A program made the translations under genes and the position numbers. A stretch of 64,000 nucleotides of DNA from Paragordius varius (lineage: Eukaryota; Animalia; Nematomorpha): positions 10,044,001 through 10,108,000 of the forward strand of contig OZ176051.1 in NCBI GenBank assembly GCA_964247055.1, in the 5' to 3' direction. Position 1 is the first letter of the stretch; each line of letters begins with the position of its first letter. Below the pieces are notes generated by a model that was not told the DNA's origin, did not search any database, and was given only the letters and a program-made list of their open reading frames with translations. Positions 24,701 to 37,640 of this stretch are shown piece by piece.

Positions 24701-27700
24701 TTTCAGAGTTAATATATAGAGGATGCACTTAATCAACCAGGTCCATCAGGAATCGCTCAAAATAATGCAGCGGGTATATATTGACTAATATTGTGAAGGT
24801 CGCCAACGCGAAATGTCAATAAGTGAATGTAATTTTTTAATCATATATTTCTTATTTATCTTATTTAAAAATTATGTACATAAATTTGTCAATTTGTTTC
24901 ATAGAAAAAACTAGAAAATGCTAATAAAATGACATTTACAAGGGAGGCCCTGATAATGGCCGCGATTGTGATAAAAATATGGGTCATTATCCGCACTTTT
25001 TTTAAAAAAATGAATAAATTATTATATTTAAATTAGGATTTAATTTATATTTTTATCAATATTTAACCAATAATCAGTAAATATCGTTATATTAGGTTTT
25101 ATTATATTTTTGGATTATTATGTGGATAGGTGCCAATGAAGGAAAATATTTATAAATCTATGAACATTTCAGTGGGTTGTTTGCTGTATAAAATTAGGTA
25201 GCTAACAAATTAAGTACCACACGCCAAATGTAATGAACATAAAAACGTTTTAACATAACTTTCGGCCTAATTTACCTTGTGTAAAATTAAGATTTAAAAA
25301 ATATATCAAATAACTACAGACATATTATACATAAAGTTATATTTTTGGATTCGACACTTAATTTAAAAATTAAAATTATAACATAGCCGATAACGAAGGT
25401 ATTTTTTGTGAATAATCCATAATAGTATTTCAAGTGGCTCAAGAAGGTATGTTTTATATATAATTTTGTAATGGTGGGTTATAAAATAATTTTTAGAAAA
25501 TAAGGAAATAAGTGTGCGAAAATTAATTTGGTGTATTTATTTTTTACATATTGTACGGTTGGGCTTGGTATAAGACAGCGCACCAAATTTTTTTTTAATC
25601 TAATATGATGATTTATTTGAAGAGAAAGAGCCGATGATTTATAACGGATGATTTTGCTCTAACTCGGAAATTTTGTACCAAATAGTAGAAAAATAAAAAT
25701 GGAGATTAATTATCAATACACTCGCTATATTATATATATTTTTTTATTTTTTAAATAAATAATACTGAAAAAGTAATAAACTAAGCCATAATGATATATT
25801 AATATTAATGATGAGTTATTATGGCCTGACCTATTTTTAAGGTATTTGAATTGTTTAAAGGTTAATTTGATTTATTCGAGGGTGAATTTGAATTGTTCAA
25901 GGGTGAATTGGATTTGTGGTATTTATTGTTGAACTAACGAATATTATAAAAAAATTATTATTGTGGAATAAAGGAAAAACCAAAAATAAAATAAAGTAAT
26001 AATATTTCTCTTTGCTGTGTGTCATACCACCCAAAAATTAATGAAAAACTAGCAACGTATATTTACTTATACTGTTCTTTATATAAAATTAAATTAAACT
26101 TTAACATAATATTATATCACATGCGGAATTTTTAGTTGAAACAAATGCTGTACAACCACAAGTCGCCGGTATTCAAAAGATCATAATATACAGCTCGTGA
26201 ACTGATGGATCTTCTGAGTAATATATACTTAACATATAACATGTTGTAAAATTAAATGGAATCGGTGCTTTTTAATTCTTACTTCCCAGATAAAAGCGAT
26301 AAAATTCAACCAAGGCGTGCTCTTTTGCGACGCCTGATCGCAATTTTGATTTAAACTAATTTTACAAATTAATTTTTTTCATAGAATTGTCTACGATTAC
26401 AACTCTGATTATATATTGATTTAATCTCAAAAAATTTTGCGACCCTTGTATAAATATCCTGGTACCATAATTTTTTAATTTAGCTTAAAATACTAACAAA
26501 ATATTACACATATGTTTTTCAAATATCTATTTTTCCCAAATAGTGTAAAAACACAAATCTGTAAGATTTTTTTCTTTTTAGTTGGTGACCAATTACAGGC
26601 AGGTATATTCAAGTTCATATTAATATGTTAGCGATAAAGAGATTAATTTCAAGTAGTTACTTAAAAATTACTTTTATTGAATAAATTTTGTAAAAGATAT
26701 ATAAAAATATTAGCTGCACAAAGACTTAGTACGGGTAAAAATTAATTTATTAAATAACGTTAAGTCAGTTAATTTATTTACTCTGATTATTTATATTGAA
26801 TTAGGAACAGGAATATACGCAGATAGTAAAGAATTAATTTTATAGATAAGTGACTCGGATACTTGAAAATCGTATAATAATTTTACCAGTTTGATAAATA
26901 TATAATTTAGATTTAGATTCACCCAGTATACTATGAGATATATTAATAAATTAGATATAAGAATTCCTAATGTAATTCGAGGTATTTTATTTGTAATGAT
27001 AAAGCTATGAGGACAACAAGTATTAACATTTTTTATGAAAGTATTATACTTTTTGGGACTCTATATCAATGTTTAATCAAAATATTTAAACGAATATAAT
27101 GAATTAAATTAGAATTATAATCGCTGACCGTTGTTAGCGCCAGCTCATTATTATGACTTAAAACGATTATATATATATATATTAGATTTTCTGGATAGTA
27201 TGTAACATTCATTTAAGATTCAAGATTCTCGGGCCCATATGGAGGGTATTTCATCGATTATAATATACCTAAAAGAATTAAGAAACATGCTTGATGGTAT
27301 GAATTTTATATGCACCATAATGCCTTATACATCTATGAGAAAAAATATGTCTTTATGCGGCTAATGTTTAGAAGTAAAATGATAAGTTTGAAGCCAAGAA
27401 TATAGTCCAATGATAATGAAACCGTGGCCTATGGGGCCATGCGGCCCTTATAATAATTTATATGGCTTCGAATTTTCATTGAATTTATTTGGTTTACTTA
27501 AAATATTTTCTGCTCATATGTCAAAGAACTATGCAATATTTGTTTTTATTTTTGCAACGCCCTTGTTATAGATGTTTTGTGTTCTGTTGTTTCTAAGGTC
27601 TATTCCTACCAACTGCAACATCAAAAATATAACTTCTCCATTCATTGCGAATACTGGCGTTTAGTTCGGATAGTGATTTGGTTGGTTTTTTCGAGGATGA

Positions 27701-30700
27701 TATCCATCCAACAAGTTCGTCTCCTTCCTTTTTACAAGCACCACTCACTTTTCCCAGCATCAACTGTTTAAATGAGTTAGATCTCACAATGTGGCCAAAT
27801 AAGGATAGTTTTTGCCGTATTAGGCTGTCCAGTAGTGACATTTCCGGATGATTTTATTTAAAATAGCGGCGTTAGGAATATCCTCTGTCCATTTTATTTG
27901 GAGAAGTTTCCTCCAAAACCATATTTCGAAAGAATTTATTAGTCGTTCGCCATAATTCAGTGTCCAGTTCCCCCCCAATGTAAAGAAAAATGTTGCCTTA
28001 ATTCATCTTATTTTGGTTTTTTAGTTTGATATCATGCGACTTCCAAATCTTGTTGTATTTGAATATAACTGCTTTTGCAATGGCAATTCTTCGTTTTATT
28101 TCTCAAGAAGAGTTGTTGTCATTGTTTATAATGCTGCCCAAATACGCTTAATTGTTTACCGTTTTAATCTGACTACCGTTGAGGATTATTGAGTTAGTTG
28201 TTTGAGCCGGGTTGATTTATAAACATTTTTTTAAAGTCATATTTAATTCGAATTTATTGCATTCAGTTGTAAACACTTCCATAACTTGCGATAATGTGTT
28301 TACACGTTTGCGAATATGACTGGGTCATCAGCGCAATCAAGGGATGTAATAGGCAACCTACGTTAATGCCATAAGTTTCTTAGATGTTTCTTAATATGCA
28401 TTCAAGGTATGCGTTAAAAAGAATTGGGGATAGAAAGCATTTTTGGCGTAGGCCGACTTGCACCCTAAATGATTCAGTTTTACCGTGAGATGTAAATACT
28501 ACAGCCGCGTAATTTAAGTAAATTGAGAATATGACGTTGATTAGATGGGTATACTCCAAGTTGTTTTAGGAATCGTAATCCTTCAATGCTTGTAATCCTA
28601 ACTAGTTAGACTTTAACTTCCACTCCTGATTTAATATCGTAGTTTTGTATCCAGGAAATTAGATATATATATATATATATATATATACAGTGGCGGAACT
28701 AAAAATTGTGCCCCCCCGGCAAGATATAAATTGGGAATACCCGCCCCTTCCACCCTCCAAAAAATACCTGGATGGTTTTTCCAAGATTGAGTAAAAGCAT
28801 GACTGATTTGTTTGCATTGACTTTTAATCTGGCACATTACTTAGATTCATAAAGAGGCCGCTTCCACTTTCCGAAATACCTGGATGGTTATTCCGAGATT
28901 GAATAAAACCATGACTGATTTGTTTGCATTATCTTTTAATCTGGCACATTACTTAGATTCATAAAGAAAATTTTGTATTAAAAAAGAAACAATTGCATGC
29001 GGCATCCTGAGATTATAAGTGCGTTCCCGGTATTTTTTAAACCAGGGTTAGACTCGCCTACCGAAATCTTCACCTATACTTTAATCTTAGAATGTTCATT
29101 TCTGAAAGTTAATCTAATTAAAAAACTTATTAAGAGCATAATAATTGAAAAAAGATTGAGCAATTATTTGAGGCGCAAATGGTAAATAAACGGATGAAAA
29201 ATTTATAATCGAGAGAATGAATAAAATATGATTTTTTATGGAACTAATCAATATTAGCTGGGCAGAGTTTGGAAAAGTTTTTTAATTATAATTTTTAATT
29301 GCTCCGTCATCGCTTCAATTTCTAGTAACTATTAATTGCCAACCTTTTTTCTGTGCAAAAAGCGTTTTTATTCAATTCTTCAGTAATATTATATCTCAAT
29401 AACCCATAAGCAACAATATTCATTAATTATTCATTAGATTTTGATTTTGCCATAAGTGCCTTGATGTGAAAATGTCACACCTTAAACTAAATATATCAAT
29501 TTTTGCAATTTTTTGCCATTAAATGAAAAACTTTACAAAAATTTAAATTGGTGGCTGCTTATAGAGCTATTTTTCTTAAGGGCAACGCGATGCCCAATTT
29601 TGAGAGTAAAGCTGGTGACACTATTTAAAATAAAATCAGAAATACTAGATAGATTTTAAAATCTTTATTGATTTAAAAAATACTTATTGATAAGATAATT
29701 TATGATAAAATTACTTGATATAAAAAATAAATTGTATAAAATTTTGATAAAATCATTTTTTAATGATTATTTGCCATTTTTAAGAAACACCGCCTCTAAA
29801 ATTGAATATTTTGGCTCCGATATAATATATGTTGTTTATATGTATAGATATGGTTACAAGTTTTGACGGTAATCATTAAATTATATTATTATAACAAAAT
29901 CCCGCATATATATATATATATATATATAAATTTAAAGAACAACATTTCCTACGAGAAATGTTTTCCAACATTATATATATATTATTACAATTTAAAATTA
30001 TCACCAAAATATTTAAAAGCATTAATAGTTTAAATAACGATCTACATAATCAAAATTTGTTTAAAAAACATTCTAGGTTATTCTATAAATTGAAAATTGA
30101 GCCCATAAAAATATGCATTTTATGTCTTCTGAGTGCAATACTTAAAAACTAATGAAAATTTATAATTACTTCTGACGCCATAAACCATACTATATGATTT
30201 TCCGGCAATTTACAAAATTAAATGGATATATTTTTTAATCCTATTTTGAAATCAATATCTTTCAAATTATTTAAAGTTTGTTTTGTTTTTTCCATATTTT
30301 AGTGCTGAGTAATTAAAAAGTTACTGTCCGATTTTATGTTATAAATTATCAAAATATATTTAGCAGCAAAATGTTTGTGATGGTGTTTTCCTCTTATCTT
30401 CAACTTATGTTAAGCACTCTTAAATATAAATAACAAATATCTACTATATATTAAGCCAAGTTGCATTTTATGGTTGGCCATAAAAAAGTATAAATAAACA
30501 TATGAGTTGATGTTCACGCATAGATGTCAGTTGTTGCTATTTTGTAGATATTTTCGCCAGTTTGTTTACATAGATGGGCAGAATATCAACTATTGTAATG
30601 ATAGCTCTTTAATCAATTTATCGATAAAGTTTTCATACTGGTTCTCCAAGGTTTTGGCTCTATTGTAGCTGTTTTTTTATTAGATTCGTTAATCGAAAGA

Positions 30701-33700
30701 CCTTAAAGTCCAAAAGATTTCTTTGCTATAACACATTTTATCAAAAACATCCAAATAGTAATAGTTTGCGAGTTTACAGCTAAAAGACAAACCCTAATTG
30801 TGTTTTTATAAAATGCAAACTAGTGCATTGTATTATAACAAAGAATCTATATTAAAAATACTCTTTTAAGCTTTGTTAGATAAAAAGATGTATAAAACTT
30901 ATATTTTAAACTATCCACTTTGTTTTTTTGAGGATTCTTTGCGATGAATTCTCAAAAAAACGTATTTTTCAACTGACTGATATTACTATAGAATAAGTAA
31001 ATTATTTGATGTTATTTGTTACAGAATTATATTTTTTGTATTTTTTATATATAAATAGTTATGGAACAAATGGTTATTGGTATAATCTAAAATTTTGATT
31101 AAATTATAAAAAATTATGGTTCAAATTTACATATAAATTTTAGAGGAGAGCTTGCATCTTAATGGTAAAAAATTTGTATCAATTTTTATTTTTATTTCAA
31201 TATTAATATGCACTCGATTACAATCTTATTTAAATGTTAACTGGAAGGATCAAATACAATAGGGTTAAAATAGACAAAATTTTTCGAATTCTCATTGTTT
31301 ATCTATCACTTCATAATTTTTGGAGGAGTTTCACAACCCAGAGTTAATATTATCTAAAAATAATGGGCCAAATTTATTAATATGCTTTCTTAACATGCAA
31401 ATAAATGTAAATTATAATTAAAAATAGAAATTACTAATAAAAAGATACATTAACCATCAGATTGATCATTAAATCAGCTGCTTGTTTCAATGTGGATTTA
31501 TGTCATCCTTATTTTGCATTTGAGGAATTAAATATTAATATAATTAAAGTTATATTAGAAAAAAAACATTTATCAAACACCAAAATCAAACATGTAGGTG
31601 TGATATTATAATACAAAAATTATATACTATTTGCTTGAAGCTAAAATTAACATCAACTAGGTGTACAATAAGTTATAAGTGTTTATAATCATATAGGTGC
31701 GCTTGTGTCTACGACAGTAGGATCTAACTTAACAAATACTAGGTTTGATAATTAATATATTTTCTGTTAAAATTAGAAAATGCATTTTTTAAGGTTGTTG
31801 TTGTCTTATAAGCATTTAGTAACACTCGGTCTTGTTTGTCCAATATCATATTGCGTTTTTGCCTATAGAGGTGATGTCATTGATTGAAACTCTATACAAG
31901 TTATCAATGATGGTCATATATATTTAATAGCTAAATATTTGAAAAGGTTTCAAGACAAATTTAACATACCCATGTGTTATAGCTTAAAGTGGAATGAAAA
32001 TTTATGAGGCAAAAATAAAAGTATCTGTGGTGTATACATGGTTATGATATATCTTTGAAACTATTATACATTCATTTTTAACACTAATCATTAAGTCAAA
32101 ACTCTATGTTTTTTTATTAAAGAAAATTATAAAATATTTTTATTTATATTTGACAGCTGATGATACCCAAATTCTAGGTTTGACATTTTATCATTTTACT
32201 ATATATTTATTTTGTTCTTTATTTAATATGTAATTATTTTAAAAAATTACCTTGGTTGTTTTAATTTGTTATTGCATGGCTTTAATATTGAAACCAATAT
32301 ACAGTAAAGCTGCTGTAGGCGTCAAGTTTATAAATTATTAGGTCCTTTATTATGCCAACAAAGCAAATTTGTAAATTTTTATTAACTCCCCTATTTTTAT
32401 GACTCCTGAATATTCCTTGATTACACAGACTTTAGTAATATTATCAATCGCTCTATTTATAATTAGAGACTGCTAGGAATGCCTTCGGTATATAATATTT
32501 ATATATTTGAATTTATTAATTATAAATATTTATATTGCTTACGGGAGAGGGTTGTTAATATTAGTGGTCAAAATTATATTGAAAAAAATTTGGAATTTGA
32601 GATATATCAATTTCCTCAGAAAAATATTATGATACAATATTTATATTCTAATCGAATGTATCAACTTTTAATAATTTGATTTTTGGCCTTAATGATATTA
32701 GAAAGTTATTACCACTTTTGTGTTAAATGCTTTATATCAAATGGTGAAATTTGCGCCTATTGTTATTAATTTTGTGAAAGCTTATTTATTTCAAAAAATA
32801 TCAGTAAAATATATAAAAGCAAAATAATATTTTTTCAAAATAAATTTTGGATGTGGGAATATTCAGAATTTCGGACTTGTCTCAAATGGGATTGATTTCT
32901 TGATCCCAACTCAAAAATGCCAATATTGCGCGATAAATCAAATTAATTTTATATTTTGATATCAAGAATATATATTTTCAAAATTAGATTTTATTGAAAT
33001 AATTTTTAGCAGATAGAGTTTTTATAATATATTGAAGATTGTGAAAACGGTATAAATTTTTAAATATTAACTATTTGTCTATATATGATGCTCGATATTT
33101 CTATCACCTCAGTTTTTGATTACAAGACTTCTTTGACGACCAATTTGATATATAAAAGTTGTGTTTTCAAAATTAAAATTCGAAGTCTAATTTTTAAATC
33201 GAAAATCTGTGGATAGAAATGTTCAGCATTATCGCATCATGTAGAAAAAGATTTAATGTCTTAAAATTATTTTTTACCGTCACCTTTCTTTAAATATCAT
33301 TAAAACTCGCTAAATTTTGCTACAAATTATTTTATAATAACATCCAATTTTTCGAAAACCTTAATCATTGCGAATTTTGTATATATTTGATATTTTATCC
33401 ACAATATTGACATTTTTGCGTTTAGTTTAAGAATGTGTAATTTATGTGGGTCAAAAATTTTGGGACTTTCCGAGCCCTCATCCAAAAAAATTATAAATAT
33501 ATTTTTATACATAGGTTGAGTATAATTAAAAAAAATTTATCTAGCAAATGTGTGCGAATTTTGCCATTTCCCAATATGAAGCAGTTACAACAAAGGTGGT
33601 AATAACTTCATTAATCACTTAAAGCCTATAACCAAAAAATATTCCTGACTTTTTGTATCAGAATTTTTTTATTAAATTCACCGATTTTGTATTGAGTTTT

Positions 33701-36700
33701 ATACAATTTTTAATATATATAATCTAATGTGTCCAGATATTTTAAACCCTCACGGAGTACAAAGTTAAAAACATTCTTTGCCTTTTTTACACCAGATTTT
33801 TGGTGTCAAAAACAATTAAATCCAACAAATATTAACTGGAAAAATAAAAGCACTACCATAATATCAATTTAGTTTGTGTTAATTTTAATCTTGAGGCCTC
33901 TCTGCGGAAGCTTTGAGTGAAAGGGCTGTTTAAATCTTGTGGTAGAGTCTGAAATTTATACGGTCATGCACAAATTGCTGCTTTATGGGGTTTAACCAGT
34001 CCCAAACCCTATTTCATGTATATGAGCAGGAAAAAATATTAACCAATTAAAAGTAGGCCAATTTCAGTTTTTTATTGCAAAATGAACCAATTGATGGGGC
34101 CGATGCTCACAGATACTCTATCAAATTTTTCATAACTTTTTTGTTAAAAGTTTTTACTATAAACCAAACGGGGGGGTAAAAAAAATCCTAATAATATATA
34201 TATTCTAATAATGTACTAGGATTATCATGGTGTGGTCCTTAAGAGTGAAATAATAAAGTTAAATCGCTTTTGCAGTAATTCATGTCAGTAGATAACAAAC
34301 ATTTTCGCACATTCGTTAAACCATTTTTTGTGAAAATGCTCTGCTAATATGAACTAGTCCTCCTATTGAAATGACGGATGCATAATAAAATTTTTAAATA
34401 TGTATATCAACTAAAAATATTTTTATAAAAAATGCATACTTTTTTCAAAAATTAAATTTTTAGCGAAATTTTGTTGAAGTGTTATTCATACTGTTTTGAG
34501 GCATGATGGAAGCATTTTAAAAACGCTTTTAGATATCATAAAAGTATTCCAAATAATACAATGAGGCTGGGCAATTATATCACCTCAGAATTTTAATTCA
34601 AGGCTCATTTGCATTAAAATTTTATGGCACTTTTTTAAAAAAACCCAATTTATATTTAACTAAATTTCAAGACGTAGTATTATTTAACTGAGGTGTAAGA
34701 AATGTTTAACATAAATATAAATAAAGTGTTTATAATCTTTAAACCGTTTGCATATGCCGCAAAATTGTATGATAGTCAAAATTTAGCTAAATAAAATTTT
34801 TGAAAAACGTGTGCATTTTTTTAAAACTGTTTTATGTTGACCAAAATCTAGCTTATATTTAGATTTTTATAGTACAACGGCGTTTATTTTGAGAGAAGCC
34901 CATAGAAAAGCAAAAATTAATTTTTTTGGAGCCCGCATATAAATAATGACTTATTTTTCCTAAGTTTCTAAATTTTTAGTCATATTATAACAATAATAAC
35001 TTTGCCATTTTCACATGTGGAGCACTAACCACAATAGTGTAAAATTTTTTCACCCGTATAGGCCAAAAACTACATGATATTCTGATACATTTCGCTATCC
35101 TGAATACACATATGTCAACAGGATATTTTTGTAATTCTATATATATATAATTCGTATATACGTCTTGAATAGGAAGAAAGTAAAAATAAATTTATTAAAA
35201 CTTAAATTTTGGGAAAATATTGTCGCAGTTATTAAATAAATAAAAATATTGTTAAACAAAATAAAATAAATTGAAATTATATATGTGACTTAATCAAAAT
35301 TTTTAAATTGATATAATATAAAAATTATTATTGTTTTAAGAAACAGTACAAAAATAAAGGCAGTACAGGCTCAGTTTTTTAAATTACTATATAATGTACT
35401 GCGAAAAACAGCCTATCTGGTCCTATAAATATAATTAATTTTATTTATTTTTTAGATGATATAGACACGCAAGAGTGTATGCATATATTTACTTGGCGTA
35501 CAAATGATTAATTGTTTTATATATACATAATTTTTATAAAAATCACCATTTATACTGAACCAAAATGGAAATAATTTTGCATTTTGAGCTATACAATTGA
35601 AAACTTTTCGCTTTTAACAAATCAATTGCCGTTTGTTTTAAACAAGTTAACTGAAATTTTATATTTTTAATTTACAAAATATCCCTAAAGGCTTAAATTT
35701 GAACAAAATTATCGCAAATTTCTAAAATTTATTCAAAATTTTTTAACGTTTCGATACAAATGGGGCTAATATTCCAGGCTAACTTAAATTGATATTATTT
35801 AGAAGTACTAAAAGGGGTTTTAACAAGTGTAGCAAAATATGTTTTATAAAAATACTTTAAATCTTTAAATCGGAAAAAGGTTTATTATAATAAAAAATGC
35901 ATAGTCATGTTTCAGAATCCATAAGATATTTTGAAGATTATTTTATATTTTGGTGAATTAATATTATGGTGCAAACTTTCGAAATGTTGTTGATACAATC
36001 AATAATTTTTAAATATATAATTTTCCCGTTTGTAACGAAGGATAGGGATGATATCGAACAAAATGTATTGTATTATATTTTTTCTACAATCTGTATATAA
36101 AATTTTAATGTTCTTCGTCTAAAACTTTTATAACAGTCAACATTCTATATATTTAGATAAAAATCATTTTTGATGCGCGTTTAGATAGAAAGACAAGCAT
36201 ATGACGCAACTTTTTATATAATTTATCATCAAATGGGCTTAAATTATCCGAAGGCTTAGAATAAGTTTGTGGGTTTATTGCTTTAAATGTAAAGAGTCTG
36301 ATTCTCCTTCTATTAAGTCATAAGGGGTTCGATTTGTCTCTGCTAAAGCACACATTAATAATAAAGCTATTAGGGGTGCTTCTTAAATATTTTCTTATAA
36401 AATTTTATGCACTCAAAACAATTTTGAAAAATATATTTTTGATTGAAAATTTGACTATAGTTATTATCCATTCAATATTTAGTTATAGATGAAATGGGTA
36501 ATTAAATATATTTAACGGAGCTTAAAGCAGAAATTTTTATTAAATGACCACGACTATAATTTTTTAAAACTTTTAAATTGAGAAAATTATTATAATATGG
36601 GCTTTAGATAACTATATTAAAATTGCTAAAATCTTAAATAGCTGATTATGGTTCTAGGATTCTAGATAATATTATATATATCGCATATTTTTTCTATTTG

Positions 36701-36763
36701 ATTAGACACCATAGAACGTATATATAATATATAAATATTTTATAATCCTTAGCTGAAGCTTAA
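18777..36763 (+). CDS. Micro-exon gene, paralogue A: ~360 aa, predicted glycosylated membrane or secreted protein of unknown family
   Basis: Exons from A/B alignment plus GT-AG boundaries: [18777-18805 tentative ATG exon, joined to 18876], 18923-18958, 18995-19021, 19049-19087, 19112-19134, 19201-19291, 19358-19372, 19445-19462, 19539-19547, 19602-19766, [19806-19826], 24680-24694, 24720-24773, 24799-24828, 25387-25398, 25426-25446, 26136-26168, 26194-26217, [26290-26316], 26582-26602, 26632-26652, 26714-26734, 26805-26825, 26851-26871, 26911-26925, 26955-26981, 27005-27019, 27186-27197, 27225-27245, 27276-27296, 29848-29868, 31059-31079, 31144-31164, 32157-32177, 35456-35476, 36483-36497, 36706-36717, 36753-36763 (TAA). 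Brackets mark tentative exons. Product: ...GIASIQPLNKTI IENDTLFDS RDKPYIFVFNVTQ RTRNISSQ DLVKVYQPRKNRYVPMPQSTLSSETGSVGK TIVLG TLIGAA GGL GILVGEGTSS...PSTSAS ... ASTY EDALNQPGPSGIAQNNAA GRQREMSISE SDNE VFQVAQE VETNAVQPQVA ARELMDLL ... GDQLQA AIKRLIS TAQRLST GTGIYAD MTRILEN HLDSP NIRIPNVIR AMRTT NFLD NSRAHME ELRNMLD DMVTSFD VMEQMVI EESLHLN ADDTQIL DDIDTQE FIDEM DTIE PEA*. No junction codon is a stop. Confidence 0.85.
20550..24068. repeat. Large foldback inverted repeat (arms ~1.65 and ~1.73 kb, 133-bp spacer) in an intron of paralogue A
   Basis: Left arm 20550-22200, right arm 22334-24068, reverse-complementary throughout with scattered substitutions and indels; each arm has ~6 sub-repeats (ATACAGGTAAAAATT.CGGTTTTT core); no clear TSD and no transposase. 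Confidence 0.95.
27570..28560 (-). mobile_element. 5'-truncated RTE-clade LINE fragment, antisense in an intron of A
   Basis: Minus-strand GLRQKCFLSPILFNAY (~28400-28460), CADD (decayed YADD, ~28325-28335) and C-terminal KLSLFGHIVRSNSFKQLMLGKVSG...WRSYIFDV (ORF 27593-27841). Boundaries approximate. Confidence 0.85.
28688..29798. mobile_element. Putative non-autonomous DNA element with an internal ~113-bp tandem duplication
   Basis: CAGTGGCGG ... CCGCCTCTA termini next to a (TA)n tract; direct repeat 28743-28854 / 28857-28967. Confidence 0.4.
32703..33608. mobile_element. MITE, ACCACTTTTGTG-type TIR family
   Basis: ~50-bp imperfect TIRs AAGTTATTACCACTTTTGTG... / ...CAAAGGTGGTAATAACTT. Confidence 0.7.
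34317..35043. mobile_element. Degenerate MITE, ACCACTTTTGTG-type family
   Basis: CCATTTTTTGTG ... CCACAATAGTGTAA termini; internal AATTTCGCTAAAAATT-type block shared with 55929-56605. Boundaries approximate. Confidence 0.45.
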
Positions 36764-36797
36764 CAAATTCAAATTTATACACATGTGTAAATGAGCT

Positions 36798-36803
36798 AAT
36801 AAA
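36798..36803 (+). promoter_or_regulatory. Polyadenylation signal of paralogue A
   Basis: AATAAA 35 nt after the stop, in context GCTAATAAATTT; the same context follows the B stop. Confidence 0.65.
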
Positions 36804-37100
36804 TTTTATATTTAATATAATTTAGTTAGTGTTGGACAAATGATAATTTATTGTGCTAGATAGGGTTAATGTTTACGCAAAAACTAGGGAGAACGAAACG
36901 GTGAAACAATCTGTATTTTAATTGAAGATCGCATATACAAACCTGTAATGTTGGTTAACTCCTTTCAACCTATCCTAGTTTGTCGAAATCAAAAGATAGT
37001 TATAAACTATTTACAAGACATTTAAAACCGGTATTCAATCGGTCTAAAATGCGCTTTTTTATTCAAGATTCTTTGTTTTCTTTAAAATATGAATAAAAAC

Positions 37101-37640
37101 CAGGGGTTTTCAACTCAAATGGCTTGAAGAGCCATATTTTCGACCTCAAAAATCCGAAAGCCAAATTGATATATATCAAGACATAAGTTTCAAATAATTT
37201 AATTCCCATTCCGGATTATATTTTCTCGCATGCATGTAGTTTATATCCTAAGCACTAATGTTATAAATTAAATAAAATTCTGCAAAAAATTATCTTAAAA
37301 ATGACTATAAATCCTCAAAACATTTATAAAACTAAATAATTATTAAAAAAAATTTTAATAAATATTTTCGAATACGTAATTTATGATTCCAATATGGGTG
37401 TTGCTATATTAATAATGGGACTGTGGTTTCCAGAAATATAGCTCTGTCACTATAGTTACTACCAGTGGAAAATATTCTAAAGATTATCCTGTAAAGTAAA
37501 AAATGATCAATAAATGTAATGAATAATAATAAAAATATTATAATTTTTTTTACATCGCGACTCATAAATTAAATTTTTCAAAATTTTTTTTAATTTTTTA
37601 AAGAGCCACAAGTGCCGGAACAATGAGTTATACACCCCTA
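37101..37640. mobile_element. Non-autonomous hAT-like element
   Basis: CAGGGGTTTTCAACTCA ... TGAGTTATACACCCCTA termini with subterminal GAGCCA; TSD not preserved. Confidence 0.55.

Noticed and set aside
25520-25710. Conserved patches with 46600-46820 as further exons (e.g. PMIYNG/PMIYSG)
   Set aside because: No shared AG/GT pair in a consistent phase and many non-3n indels; treated as residual intron homology, though a decayed exon cannot be excluded.
27040-27075. Extra exon after AMRTT (AAG|TATTATACTTTTTGGG)
   Set aside because: The aligned segment in B (~49103) gives TGA in the required frame and has no matching donor.
18923-36763. Collagen-like or mucin-repeat gene as the explanation for the short exons
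   Set aside because: No Gly-X-Y periodicity and no tandem PTS repeats; exons are phase 1 with a 21-nt mode, unlike 54-nt phase-0 collagen exons.
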